NCBI GenBank assembly: GCA_015231305.1
Contig: JADGBW010000004.1
Span: 1,314 to 65,313 of the forward strand
Direction of reading: 5' to 3'
Length of the DNA: 64,000 bases
Source of the DNA: Magnetococcales bacterium
GTDB lineage: Bacteria > Pseudomonadota > Magnetococcia > Magnetococcales > JADFYX01
Below the pieces are notes generated by a model. It had not been told where the DNA came from and searched no databases. It saw only the letters and a program-made list of their open reading frames with translations. Both the position numbers and the translations under genes were made by a program. Below, piece after piece: positions 17,719 through 26,576 of the stretch. Numbering within the stretch: position 1 is the stretch's first letter; each line of letters opens with the position of its first letter.

Positions 17719-18624
17719 TTAAAAAAGCGCGTCGGCAAATTCAGTCGCATCAAAAGGTTTCAAATCATCAATACCTTCTCCTACTCCAATAAACTTAACT
17801 GGTAGGCCAAATTGTTCGCTTAAGCTGACTAAAACACCACCTTTGGCTGTGCCATCTAGTTTGGTAATTACCAAACCGGTAATTTTTAAATCGTCATGAA
17901 AATGTTTAACCTGACTAATGGCGTTTTGCCCCGTTGTGGCATCTAACACCATTAATACTTCGTGGGGTGAAGAGGGGTCTTGTTGACCCAAAACCCTTTT
18001 AATTTTTTTAAGCTCTTCCATTAAATGGGTCTTTGTGTGTAATCGGCCTGCTGTATCAGCCAGCAGGATATCCATACCACGAGCTTTTGCAGCTCCATGG
18101 GCATCAAATATTACAGAAGCACTGTCAGCTTTTTCGCCTTGGGCAATAACCGGACAGTTGGTACGTTTACCCCACTCTTGTATCTGCTCGACAGCAGCAG
18201 CACGAAAGGTATCACCTGCTGCTAAAATAACTTTTTTGCCTTGGGTGGAATAATGGTTGGCCATTTTACCTATGGTAGTAGTTTTACCTACCCCATTTAC
18301 ACCTACCACTAAAATGACCTTGGGTGGTGTAATTTTTGGTTCTTCAGAGGTGTTAATAGCCAATAGACGGTCTCTAATTACCTCTTTTAATACATCTCTG
18401 AACGCCTCTGCTTCATTTCCTTTAACATTGCGGAACCGCTCACGGGTCTCTTCAATTATTGACATAGAGGTGTCAAGGCCAAAGTCGGAGGTGATCATTA
18501 AATCTTCCAACTCTTCTAATAGAGCATCATCAACCGTACGGCCTGGTATAATGGCATCCAGCCCTTTGGTAAATTTGGCTCTGGTTTTACTTAATCCTGT
18601 CTTTAGCTGTTTGAAAAACGACAT
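17719..18624 (-). CDS. ftsY: signal recognition particle receptor FtsY (short, NG-domain only)
   Basis: 301 aa. The SRP-GTPase motifs are GVNGVGKTTTIGK, DTAGR and TKLDGTAKGG. Confidence 0.95.
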   Translation of the reverse strand: MSFFKQLKTGLSKTRAKFTKGLDAIIPGRTVDDALLEELEDLMITSDFGLDTSMSIIEETRERFRNVKGNEAEAFRDVLKEVIRDRLLAINTSEEPKITPPKVILVVGVNGVGKTTTIGKMANHYSTQGKKVILAAGDTFRAAAVEQIQEWGKRTNCPVIAQGEKADSASVIFDAHGAAKARGMDILLADTAGRLHTKTHLMEELKKIKRVLGQQDPSSPHEVLMVLDATTGQNAISQVKHFHDDLKITGLVITKLDGTAKGGVLVSLSEQFGLPVKFIGVGEGIDDLKPFDATEFADALF

Positions 18625-18855
18625 TTATTACTTCCTATTTAAACGATATAGTTGTGGGAAAATATTTATACTATACCATTCGCTATGTTTTGATTGAGTG
18701 TTTATACCCGGATGTTACATTAAAATTGGCTAGGTGTTAAAAAGGTCAGCAAAGTTGTTGTATGCCTTGTTTTTATGGGGTTGTTAACACCATTATAGCC
18801 TTTCATTATGTAGCAAACGAGTTGTGTCAGTTCACTTGGAGTCGTTAACTTTAAC

Positions 18856-19914
18856 ATGACCACCCCTAAACTTTCAATAATCATTCCTGTCTTAAACGAA
18901 GCAGCTAGTTTACCGACTTTAATTCAGCAGCTTCAACAACAGACAGATTGCCAACTGGAAATTATAGTTGTTGACGGCGGCTCTCAAGATCAAACCCAAA
19001 GTGTTGTCAAAAATTTGGGTGTGGTTTTTGTCACATCAAAGCCTGGTAGGGGTGTACAGATGAACACAGGAGCAAGAGTAGCTAAAGCCCCTATGTTGCT
19101 GTTTCTCCATGCTGATTCAACACTGACAAATTCTGAATTATTAAAAAATGCCATCACTACCTGGAATAAAAATAGGCAAACCTTGGGCCATGATCGCATC
19201 GGTGGTCATTTTAGTCTGAAATTTACCCAGCAACCTGCTAATCGTAAATGGGTTTTTAAATTTTATGAGGCAAAAACATCTCTTAATCGCTCTATGTGCA
19301 CCAATGGAGATCAGGGGTTTTTGTTAAAGCGCGAATTTTTTTGGCAGCTTGGTGGGTTTTCCCAAGAGTTACCATTTTTAGAAGATCAAATATTAGCTAG
19401 TCAGATATATGATAAAGGGGTATGGATAACTCTACCTGGATCATTAACCACCTCTGCTCGCCGTTTTAAACAAGAGGGTCTGGGGCGACGTATGATATTA
19501 AACGCTATTATAATGGCTTTTCATTATACTGGTTTTAAGCAGTTTTTTGCTCGTGCTCCAGAGGTTTATCGTCAGCAGGACACAGCAAAGCCGTTGCAAA
19601 TAACCCCTTTTTTTAACCTTATAAAAACTCTTAACTCTGAAGCTGGCTGGCAGGTAAGTTTTAAACGTTGGCGTTATATAGGTGGTTTTGTCCGTGAGGC
19701 AGCCTGGCAGATATTTTTTGTTTTAGATGTTATTGCTGCACAACTTTTTAACTGGCAAAAAAAACCATTTGTCGCCTTACACGACAAGGTATTTAAACCA
19801 TTAACAAATTTTTTACTATTTGATGTTTTAACTGCCATTTTAACGTGGATTTGGTTTACATTAACGGGGTACTATTTTGCTATTAGTGAAGCTAACTTTA
19901 AACGGACCAGTTAA
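18856..19914 (+). CDS. glycosyltransferase family 2 with C-terminal membrane helices
   Basis: 352 aa. It reads LSIIIPVLNE...EIIVVDGGSQDQT...LFLHADS. The C-terminal ~100 aa contain two hydrophobic helices. Its TAA stop overlaps the ATG of the next gene by one nucleotide (TAATG at 19912-19916). Confidence 0.85.
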   Translation: MTTPKLSIIIPVLNEAASLPTLIQQLQQQTDCQLEIIVVDGGSQDQTQSVVKNLGVVFVTSKPGRGVQMNTGARVAKAPMLLFLHADSTLTNSELLKNAITTWNKNRQTLGHDRIGGHFSLKFTQQPANRKWVFKFYEAKTSLNRSMCTNGDQGFLLKREFFWQLGGFSQELPFLEDQILASQIYDKGVWITLPGSLTTSARRFKQEGLGRRMILNAIIMAFHYTGFKQFFARAPEVYRQQDTAKPLQITPFFNLIKTLNSEAGWQVSFKRWRYIGGFVREAAWQIFFVLDVIAAQLFNWQKKPFVALHDKVFKPLTNFLLFDVLTAILTWIWFTLTGYYFAISEANFKRTS

Positions 19915-21575
19915 TGAGCCAGACCACAAAAGATAATTTATATATAGAATATTTAGCTTGGCAGCAACGAAGGCTAAAAGACGCTATTGTATATTTTAAA
20001 AACAGCAATCAAGATCAATTTGGTCTGTTACGTGACCTTTTTCTTTACAACTGGTTGCAACGTGAAGTTAAGCCCCCCCATAAAAAAGCGGTTTTAGCTC
20101 TTGCTTTTCCTAAGCTATCAGAAGAGTTGACAAATTTAATGTTAACTACTTGGGATAATTCAAAATATCTACAGGGGCTTATCGCCTATTGGCATTCACA
20201 AAAAAGTAGTTTGCAACGCAAAGAGAGTATAGAAAATCTCTTGGCTAAACATGGTGGTGATATCTCTTTAGCGGTAGACGATATTTTGGCCACTTGGCAA
20301 AAGTTGGCTCTTTTTAAGCAACCCCATAAAGAGGCTTTTCGTGAAATTTTAGAGAAACAAAAAAAACGTGGGGCAGAGGTAGGGGGTGATATTGATAAAG
20401 AGAGAGCTGCAATTATAGATAGATTGCCAGACAGCTTTAATTGGGATTCTGAATTTCAAAAAGTTGGTATTATTCCTCACATGGGCTGCGCTAAAAATTG
20501 TCGTCACTGTATGTTTGTCTGGCGGCAACCCATTAAAAACAAGGTTGATGCTAAACTACTGTTTAAGCCGATAAACAGTGCTACTAAATCTGTACTTTTT
20601 ACAGGGGGAGACCTTGATAGGCATATGCCAGAGTTTTATCGGGCTATTGCTTCTATGGAAACAGTTTCGGTATTTGCAATTTTATTAAATGGAGCTTTTG
20701 CAACAACACTTAGTGAGACAGAGGCACGTTTTTTAGAAATTAATAAGGCACTTGAAAAACGAAAGAAAAATTTTCAACTTGCCAAGGTTATTTTGCAAAT
20801 TAGTTTTGATGAGTACCACCAGGAGATTTTAAGCGATGAAAAAGGTGAATTAAAAGAGCGGATTTCCGTAGTTAATATTGCTAATATAGTAACTACATCT
20901 CTTAAATATCCGCAAATTCAGTTGGTGTTGTTACATAAACAAAATCGGCTAAATTTCTCTGAAAACCTCATTAAAGTAGGGTTGTTTGATCGCCTTAATA
21001 AAACTCTTACAGCTATGGGGTATCCTGTTGTTAACATAGATTGGCATACATCACCTCGTAAAAAGGCTGACCCTGCCAACCCAACCCATAAAGGGGGGGT
21101 TATTAGAGACGTTATATTTAGCCTGCAAGGTTTTTCTGATCAGCCTATCCATATGATGAGCTCCACCATAGACGCATATGGCAGGGCGGCACTTTTAGAC
21201 CCAAGTGAATATATTAATGAACGAGATTATCTAGACTATATTTTAGCAAACGGCCCGCCAGATAGTGAGCAGTTTGATATAGACCCCATGGTTTGGTATG
21301 ACGGTTCTGTGACGCTTTTCTCTGCTGCTCATGTTTGGGTTGGTAATATAATTGAGGAGGAGGGGGTGTTTGCTCGTTATAAAAAAGATCCTCTTCTTCA
21401 CGCTTTACGACAGTTTGATAAAAGCTTGCTTGGGTACTATGCAGAAGCTGATAACGATTTAGAAACATTGATAAAAAGCGCAACTGGCCCACACCACCTC
21501 TTTCATCTTTTAACCCAGTCTGCTGCAATGCGTTTACACATGACTAAACGTTTGGTTGAGAACAGAAATTTATAA
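19914..21575 (+). CDS. radical SAM-like protein with unrecognised N- and C-terminal extensions
   Basis: 553 aa. It has one CX3CX2C cluster, MGCAKNCRHCMF, with Cys codons at 20487, 20499 and 20508. VLFTGGDL (a GGEP-like SAM motif) follows about 30 aa later, then ILLNG and QISFDEYH. About 185 aa precede the cluster. There is no Cys-rich SPASM region. Confidence 0.65.
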   Translation: MSQTTKDNLYIEYLAWQQRRLKDAIVYFKNSNQDQFGLLRDLFLYNWLQREVKPPHKKAVLALAFPKLSEELTNLMLTTWDNSKYLQGLIAYWHSQKSSLQRKESIENLLAKHGGDISLAVDDILATWQKLALFKQPHKEAFREILEKQKKRGAEVGGDIDKERAAIIDRLPDSFNWDSEFQKVGIIPHMGCAKNCRHCMFVWRQPIKNKVDAKLLFKPINSATKSVLFTGGDLDRHMPEFYRAIASMETVSVFAILLNGAFATTLSETEARFLEINKALEKRKKNFQLAKVILQISFDEYHQEILSDEKGELKERISVVNIANIVTTSLKYPQIQLVLLHKQNRLNFSENLIKVGLFDRLNKTLTAMGYPVVNIDWHTSPRKKADPANPTHKGGVIRDVIFSLQGFSDQPIHMMSSTIDAYGRAALLDPSEYINERDYLDYILANGPPDSEQFDIDPMVWYDGSVTLFSAAHVWVGNIIEEEGVFARYKKDPLLHALRQFDKSLLGYYAEADNDLETLIKSATGPHHLFHLLTQSAAMRLHMTKRLVENRNL

Positions 21576-21672
21576 CATTATTAGGCTCGGCACAAAATTT
21601 GCGGTTGCGATGATTGTTGGGATTAACTCTCAATAACCATTTTGCAGATAAATTTGTGACAGGAGCTTAGAA

Positions 21673-21861
21673 ATGTGGGAACATTCCGATTTAACTCAAC
21701 TAAAGCTGGATCTCTTAAAGGGAATGCCACGGGTATATAACAAACTGGTTGTGCGTTTAAACCGTGAGGGTTTAGTTGAAGCAGATATTCATGATGCCAA
21801 AAAACGTAAACAGTTAGATGGAATTCTAGACTACTATTATCGCAAATTCATGCCCGCATAG
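21673..21861 (+). CDS. hypothetical small helical protein (62 aa)
   Basis: A strong AGGAG lies 8 nt upstream of the ATG. The stop is 17 nt before the next gene. I recognised no motif. Confidence 0.5.
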   Translation: MWEHSDLTQLKLDLLKGMPRVYNKLVVRLNREGLVEADIHDAKKRKQLDGILDYYYRKFMPA

Positions 21862-21878
21862 AAATTGAGTAACTCTTA

Positions 21879-23090
21879 ATGACTGGAACAGATAGCCGCG
21901 TTAACCGCAAACTGCTTTTGGAGTACGACCAAAAGAAAAAATTGTATGACGATTTTTTGGTTATGATCTTGCGTTTTTTAGGTGAGTTCATTAAAGAGAA
22001 CTCCCTTGGGGTTTTCTCTTTTGAAGGCGAGGTTATGAGTTCTCAGGAGCTTGAAACTAGATTAAAAGCTGGTTTGGTGGCTTCGAATATTGAAGATATA
22101 AAAGATTTTGTAGAGATTGAAATTCTTACATATTTTGAGGATAATGTTAGTGATGTAGCTAATGTTTTAAATGCTGAATTTAAAATATTAGAAGAATCAA
22201 TTAACCAAGAAAAAGGGTTAGATCCTCAACGTTTTGGCTATCAAGCACCCTCATATTTAATCCGCATGATGGACAGCCGTTTGGAGTGGATTGAATATCG
22301 CTGTTTTACAGATTGTAAGGCTAAGGTTAAGATATCATCGCTGTTGCAAAATACCTGGGAAAAAATTCAAAACAGGCTGAATTTTGATGAATCATCAGTG
22401 CCTTACCTCCAGCAAAGACCAACACAGCGTATTGTTGGACTTTTTGAGCTTGCCGACCGTGAGTTAAACCAGCTTAAAAACTCTCTACCCAAAATTAAAG
22501 ATCAAACTAAAGATATAGATTTAGATATAGATTTAGTTGATACATTTATAGCTCCTTCACCTGTTTCTGCCCCTAAACAAGAGGAGCCAGAAAAGAGCAA
22601 GCTTGAGGTTCCTTACGAAATACCAAAAGCGGTTAAAGTTGCTAAGAAGGGTGGTTTAGAAATATCTCCAAGAAACAGCCTTAGTGATATGGAAAAAGCC
22701 AAGCCAGAGATGGTTTTAACTTCTGAATCTGTAGGCAAGTTGATTCTTGATGATCCTGATGTACGTGGGGTTGATAGGTTGATATCCGATGGATTTTCTA
22801 CTCGTTTGAAGTTTGATTCTCTATTTTTAGAAAATCTTTGTGAGGTAGCAAACAGTTTTCATATTCCCAGTAAAAATGTCTTGTTGAAATATATCACTCA
22901 ACAAGAACAATTAATATTTAAACATACAGAAGAACTTATTAATAAACCAGCGGGGGATGCTCCTTTTACCATTCCGCGGGGTATATCTATTTTAATGGCT
23001 TTCCACGTTTTAGCAAACGATGGTGAAGATAGAGAGGTGGTTGAAAAAATTGCCGAAATTATTCAATCAATTAACGATGCTTACCTTTAG
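21879..23090 (+). CDS. RelA/SpoT-like (alarmone synthetase fold) domain protein, catalytic motifs degenerate; paralog 1
   Basis: 403 aa. The order and spacing of the synthetase motifs are kept but the residues are replaced. FEGEVMSSQELETRLK replaces RxKxxxSxxxK. DFVEIEILTYFEDNV replaces DxxGxR. FGYQAPSYLIRM replaces GYRSxH. AKVKISSLLQNTWEKIQNRLNF replaces EIQIRTxxQxxWAxxxHxxxYK. A low-complexity linker and a ~130-aa C-terminal domain shared with paralog 2 follow. Confidence 0.6.
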   Translation: MTGTDSRVNRKLLLEYDQKKKLYDDFLVMILRFLGEFIKENSLGVFSFEGEVMSSQELETRLKAGLVASNIEDIKDFVEIEILTYFEDNVSDVANVLNAEFKILEESINQEKGLDPQRFGYQAPSYLIRMMDSRLEWIEYRCFTDCKAKVKISSLLQNTWEKIQNRLNFDESSVPYLQQRPTQRIVGLFELADRELNQLKNSLPKIKDQTKDIDLDIDLVDTFIAPSPVSAPKQEEPEKSKLEVPYEIPKAVKVAKKGGLEISPRNSLSDMEKAKPEMVLTSESVGKLILDDPDVRGVDRLISDGFSTRLKFDSLFLENLCEVANSFHIPSKNVLLKYITQQEQLIFKHTEELINKPAGDAPFTIPRGISILMAFHVLANDGEDREVVEKIAEIIQSINDAYL

Positions 23091-23108
23091 AGAACAGATA
23101 TTTATGCC

Positions 23109-24311
23109 ATGACTAATACCAAGGCGACTGTTGGCATTTTTAAAGAACCAAGATCTCATTATCTTGAATTTATAGATATTTTCAAGTCACTTGTGCATGT
23201 GTTAATTGCACGAGAGGGTAAAATAGGCTTGGTTGAGGTGAGCGGACATCTGAAATCGGTTGAAGATATGGGTAAAGCGGTAGCTGTTCTGCCTGACGGA
23301 ACCTACCCGATTATGTCTGATATTCATAATTCCATGGCACTGCGTGTGGTGACATTTTATGAAAAAGATGTAGCCCCTGTGTTAAAAAAATTAACCAACT
23401 CGTTTGGGGTTGTAGAGGTAAATATACAAGAGAAAGACGACCCAGAGGTGTTTGGTTATCAGGGATCTTCATTAATATTAAAACTAGGTGAAGACCGTCT
23501 TAAATTAGATGAATATCAACGTTTTGCTGATTTACAAATAGAGGTGCAGGTATTTTCTCTATTTCAAGATACCTGGTCTAAAATTGCTAGTCATATTGGC
23601 TACCCAGAGGATAAATTTCCCAAAGAACAACTACGCGAGTATAACCAACTTGCCTATATGGTAGAGCTGGCAGATTCTGAGCTTAACAACATTAAAAAAT
23701 CGATATTTACCTACGATTGGAGCGAAGATAATACAGCTGCACCTGATAAAAAGAAGCCTGCCACAAAACAAAAGGGCAACAAAAAGGGAGTAGCAGGAGA
23801 GGCTAAAGAGACAAATAAAGACAGTACATCTCAATCTGGACCTCTTATTCCTCAAATCAACCTGCCACCTACTAATAAAATAGATAAAATTAAATTGGCA
23901 AAAGTAGGGGACTCTCTAAATTCTGAGACCATAGATAATTTAATTTTGGCTAATGATTTAGTACGAAATTTTGATAAGCTGATTTCAGATACGTATAATA
24001 CGAGGTTGATGTATCAAGGCAAAAACTTAGAGCCATTACTTTCGGCATTAATAGAGCTTGATATCTTTAAAACAATTGCAGATATAGAGGCCGAACTATT
24101 TAAAAAACGCCACTCTATTTTATCCTTAGGGATACAGATTTATGGCCCACCAAAAGATAAAAATTATGAACATATACCAAAAGGTATTTCACTGTTTTTG
24201 CTAGCATATTATACAATTTCAGATTCAAGAGATATAAAGCTGGTAAGAAAGTTTTTAGATAAATATTCTTTTGATCAAGAGTTGATCAATAAAAAAAGTG
24301 TTTTGTGGTAG
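23109..24311 (+). CDS. RelA/SpoT-like (alarmone synthetase fold) domain protein, partly degenerate; paralog 2
   Basis: 400 aa. The motifs are VSGHLKSVEDMGKA, NSMALRVVTFYEKDV, FGYQGSSLILKL and LQIEVQVFSLFQDTWSKIASHIGYPEDK. The E-x-Q, W and H of the EIQIRT..W...H motif are kept, but R/T and the GYRSxH Arg/His are lost. It has a Lys-rich linker. The C-terminal domain aligns with paralog 1 (LIL.D..VR..D.LISD...TRL, IP.GIS). Confidence 0.65.
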   Translation: MTNTKATVGIFKEPRSHYLEFIDIFKSLVHVLIAREGKIGLVEVSGHLKSVEDMGKAVAVLPDGTYPIMSDIHNSMALRVVTFYEKDVAPVLKKLTNSFGVVEVNIQEKDDPEVFGYQGSSLILKLGEDRLKLDEYQRFADLQIEVQVFSLFQDTWSKIASHIGYPEDKFPKEQLREYNQLAYMVELADSELNNIKKSIFTYDWSEDNTAAPDKKKPATKQKGNKKGVAGEAKETNKDSTSQSGPLIPQINLPPTNKIDKIKLAKVGDSLNSETIDNLILANDLVRNFDKLISDTYNTRLMYQGKNLEPLLSALIELDIFKTIADIEAELFKKRHSILSLGIQIYGPPKDKNYEHIPKGISLFLLAYYTISDSRDIKLVRKFLDKYSFDQELINKKSVLW

Positions 24312-24361
24312 AAAAAAAAGCTTTTAACTATCATGTGACAAGTGAGATTTTCTCCCTTATA

Positions 24362-24389
24362 GGTTTGGGCAAAGCCCAAGGTTTTGCTT
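24362..24389. repeat. REP-like repeat, family B, copy 2
   Basis: ggtttgggcaaagcccaaggttttgctt is the exact reverse complement of 616-643. It lies 3' of the gene ending at 24311. Confidence 0.8.
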
Positions 24390-24517
24390 TTAAGACTTTA
24401 TTATAAAAAAGCGAGGGGGTTTAGGAAACTGCAAACCCTTCAAAGGATATACCATAAATATCAAGAGTATAAGAAGATATAAAGCAACCAAAAAAAAATA
24501 AACTAACAGCAAAAACC

Positions 24518-24542
24518 TGTAGGAGCGAGCTTGCTCGCGAAT
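24518..24542. repeat. REP-like palindromic element, family C
   Basis: tgtaggagcgagcttgctcgcgaat contains the perfect hairpin gcgagc-tt-gctcgc. A diverged inverted copy lies at 32662-32687. Confidence 0.7.
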
Positions 24543-24771
24543 TTAAAGGCTACCCAAATAAAACAAAACCCAAACAGATAAAAGATAACAAATGACCAAA
24601 TTCAAAAAACTATAGTAGATACAAAAAAACTGTACTTAAAAAAAGCATGTCATATCCGCGCAAGCGCAAATCTAAGGCGACATTGTTGAATTTACAGCAT
24701 TTCCCCCTACACTGTAATAATGCCGACTTGGATTAGAATTTCTTTTTTCAGATAAAAATCACAATATAAAA

Positions 24772-25230
24772 TTACCGCCCATAACCAGCACACCAACCAC
24801 CACTCTTAACACCCCCGTCATATCCAACTGCCAACCCGCTATTGTTTAACAAATAACTAACATCTACCCCATCCGCCACAACATAGGCCACAATTCTAAA
24901 ATATTTCCCCCGACCAACTTCTTTAAGAGTAATTCTTCCAGCCCTATCCAACAACTGCCCAAGCATAACTTTTGCCTGTTTAGCCAACTTAATTTCTGCC
25001 AAACATTCACCTCTAATTTCTGGAGTATCAATTCCACGAATCCGCACAGAAATGTTTTGCCCAATCAACGGGTGAACTCCAGGTAAATTAAACCGCACAG
25101 TATCGCCATCATAGTTACCAAGGTATACGACACCCTCTATATCTCCATAGCTTTTCTTATCTCCAAAAGCAGGCCCTAAAAGAGCAAATAAAATAAAAAG
25201 TCCAACAAGAAAAATATATTTAGGGTGCAT
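24772..25230 (-). CDS. secreted thermonuclease (staphylococcal nuclease / SNase) family protein
   Basis: 152 aa. It has an N-terminal signal peptide (IFLVGLFILFALLGPAFG), a DGDT motif, and RIRGIDTPE in the position of the SNase RLxGIDxPE motif. Confidence 0.85.
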   Translation of the reverse strand: MHPKYIFLVGLFILFALLGPAFGDKKSYGDIEGVVYLGNYDGDTVRFNLPGVHPLIGQNISVRIRGIDTPEIRGECLAEIKLAKQAKVMLGQLLDRAGRITLKEVGRGKYFRIVAYVVADGVDVSYLLNNSGLAVGYDGGVKSGGWCAGYGR

Positions 25231-26016
25231 AGGACAGTACTACACATAGTGTAGATAGATTAAGAGATAGGGGGTAGTTTTGGGAAAAACAACTAAATAG
25301 AAAACTCATTGTCACTAAAAGCCGAAATAGCAAAATACGGCCTACACCAGTTTGGCATATCCGGCTCTGCCTCTTGTAGAGAAAAAAAGTAGACCAAACC
25401 TGATTCCAACACCAATTTATGTAATTTTAATTTAGCAAATGTAAATTAATACATAAGAAATAAAAATTGCATTATAAAACCGTAGACAAATAAATGGATA
25501 AGGGCCGTGAGTGTAGAAAAATAACCACCTTATTTGTGTTTACCATTTAATATCAAGGTGTTGTAAAAACCCAAAACGTCCATTTTGAACGGTTTGGCCT
25601 ACTTGAATATGGAACTATAAGAGGCTATTTTCCCAGCAAACTAACTGGTGGATTATTTTCGCACGTATAAAAACAGGAAAGATAAAAAAAAATCCCTAAT
25701 TTTTTGGTGTACGAACGGGTTTTGTTGTAACCTTCAGATATGCCATGACTGCTCCTTCTCGTTTAAGGACGTTTTGGTTAGGCATAGTGGGTGTTCCACC
25801 ACTCACTATGCTGCTACCCATCATTTATATCTTATTCCAGGTCCATTAAGCAAAGAAAAAACAAAAAAAGTATCGCAAAGCTTAACCTGTATCATTTAAA
25901 CCTGCTAGACATAATCAAAGATTGATCCTTATTGTAAAAATATCCAAAAATACCAACAATTTTAAGCACTATTTTTAATTTTAACTCTGTAACAATAAAA
26001 AAAATTATTCTAGGTA

Positions 26017-26238
26017 TTGATAATAGTAGTTATAGCTTCTTTTATTTTATTTGACGGTAAATATACGATTGCTAAAGATCCAAAGGATAGAAGTGTGATA
26101 GCCTTCAACAAAATTAACTCATTATCAAGAAAACCTGATACAAAGTATGTGAAGCATCTTGAGGGCTATTTTCCTGGTACTATAATCAGTATTAAATTTT
26201 CCCTTAGTGAAACTCAAATTGAAGGGAAGGAGCTATGA
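26017..26238 (+). CDS. small ORF (73 aa, TTG start), translationally coupled to the DUF4325-like gene; possibly a 3' remnant of a larger gene
   Basis: Its stop overlaps the next ATG (ATGA at 26235-26238). It has no SD and no ATG, and an in-frame stop lies only 2 codons upstream. The ending ...GYFPGTIISIKFSL resembles the last strand of GHKL/HATPase-type proteins, which often precede DUF4325 genes. That resemblance is weak. Confidence 0.3.
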   Translation: MIIVVIASFILFDGKYTIAKDPKDRSVIAFNKINSLSRKPDTKYVKHLEGYFPGTIISIKFSLSETQIEGKEL

Positions 26239-26564
26239 CTACTCAAACAGAACCAATTACACTTGATTTTTCAAAACAAGGCGGACCAGTTTTTGTTGGA
26301 AGAGCACAAGGTGAAAAAGCTAGACAAAACTTCAGGCTCGATATCTTGGATGATTCTGAAGATATCATAAAGGTTGTCATCCCTGAGGGGACATACTCTG
26401 TGAATAGCTCCTTTTTTCTAGGTCTTTTTACAAAAAGTGTTTTAAAGACTGGAAGCAAGAAAAAGTTTCTTGCTAAATTTAATTTTGTTTGTGAAAGTTT
26501 CCTCTTGGAGACTATTGATACATACATTGATAGAGCTTTAAGAGAAAAAAGTGATCTCTTCTAA
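26235..26564 (+). CDS. STAS-like DUF4325 family protein
   Basis: 109 aa. ...VVIPEGTYSVNSSFFLGLFTKSV...FNFVCESFLLETIDTYIDRAL fits, from memory, the pattern of the STAS-like DUF4325 family (vsSSFl.eLf ... i...I.ra). Confidence 0.55.
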   Translation: MTTQTEPITLDFSKQGGPVFVGRAQGEKARQNFRLDILDDSEDIIKVVIPEGTYSVNSSFFLGLFTKSVLKTGSKKKFLAKFNFVCESFLLETIDTYIDRALREKSDLF

Positions 26565-26576
26565 AAAGATCATGTA

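Noticed and set aside
21879-24311. Reading the two RelA/SpoT-like proteins as active toxSAS toxins or (p)ppGpp synthetases.
   Set aside because: The RxKxxxS, DxxGxR and GYRSxH motifs are substituted in both proteins. Paralog 1 has also lost the EIQIRT motif entirely; paralog 2 keeps its E-x-Q but has lost the Arg and Thr. I therefore report them as degenerate-fold proteins, not as alarmone synthetases.
25648-25899. An 83-aa Cys/His-rich + strand ORF, and a 41-codon minus-strand ORF (about 25701-25826), in the long non-coding stretch.
   Set aside because: There is no SD, no motif and an odd composition. Both lie in very AT-rich DNA where random ORFs of this size are expected. I kept them only as part of the islet finding.
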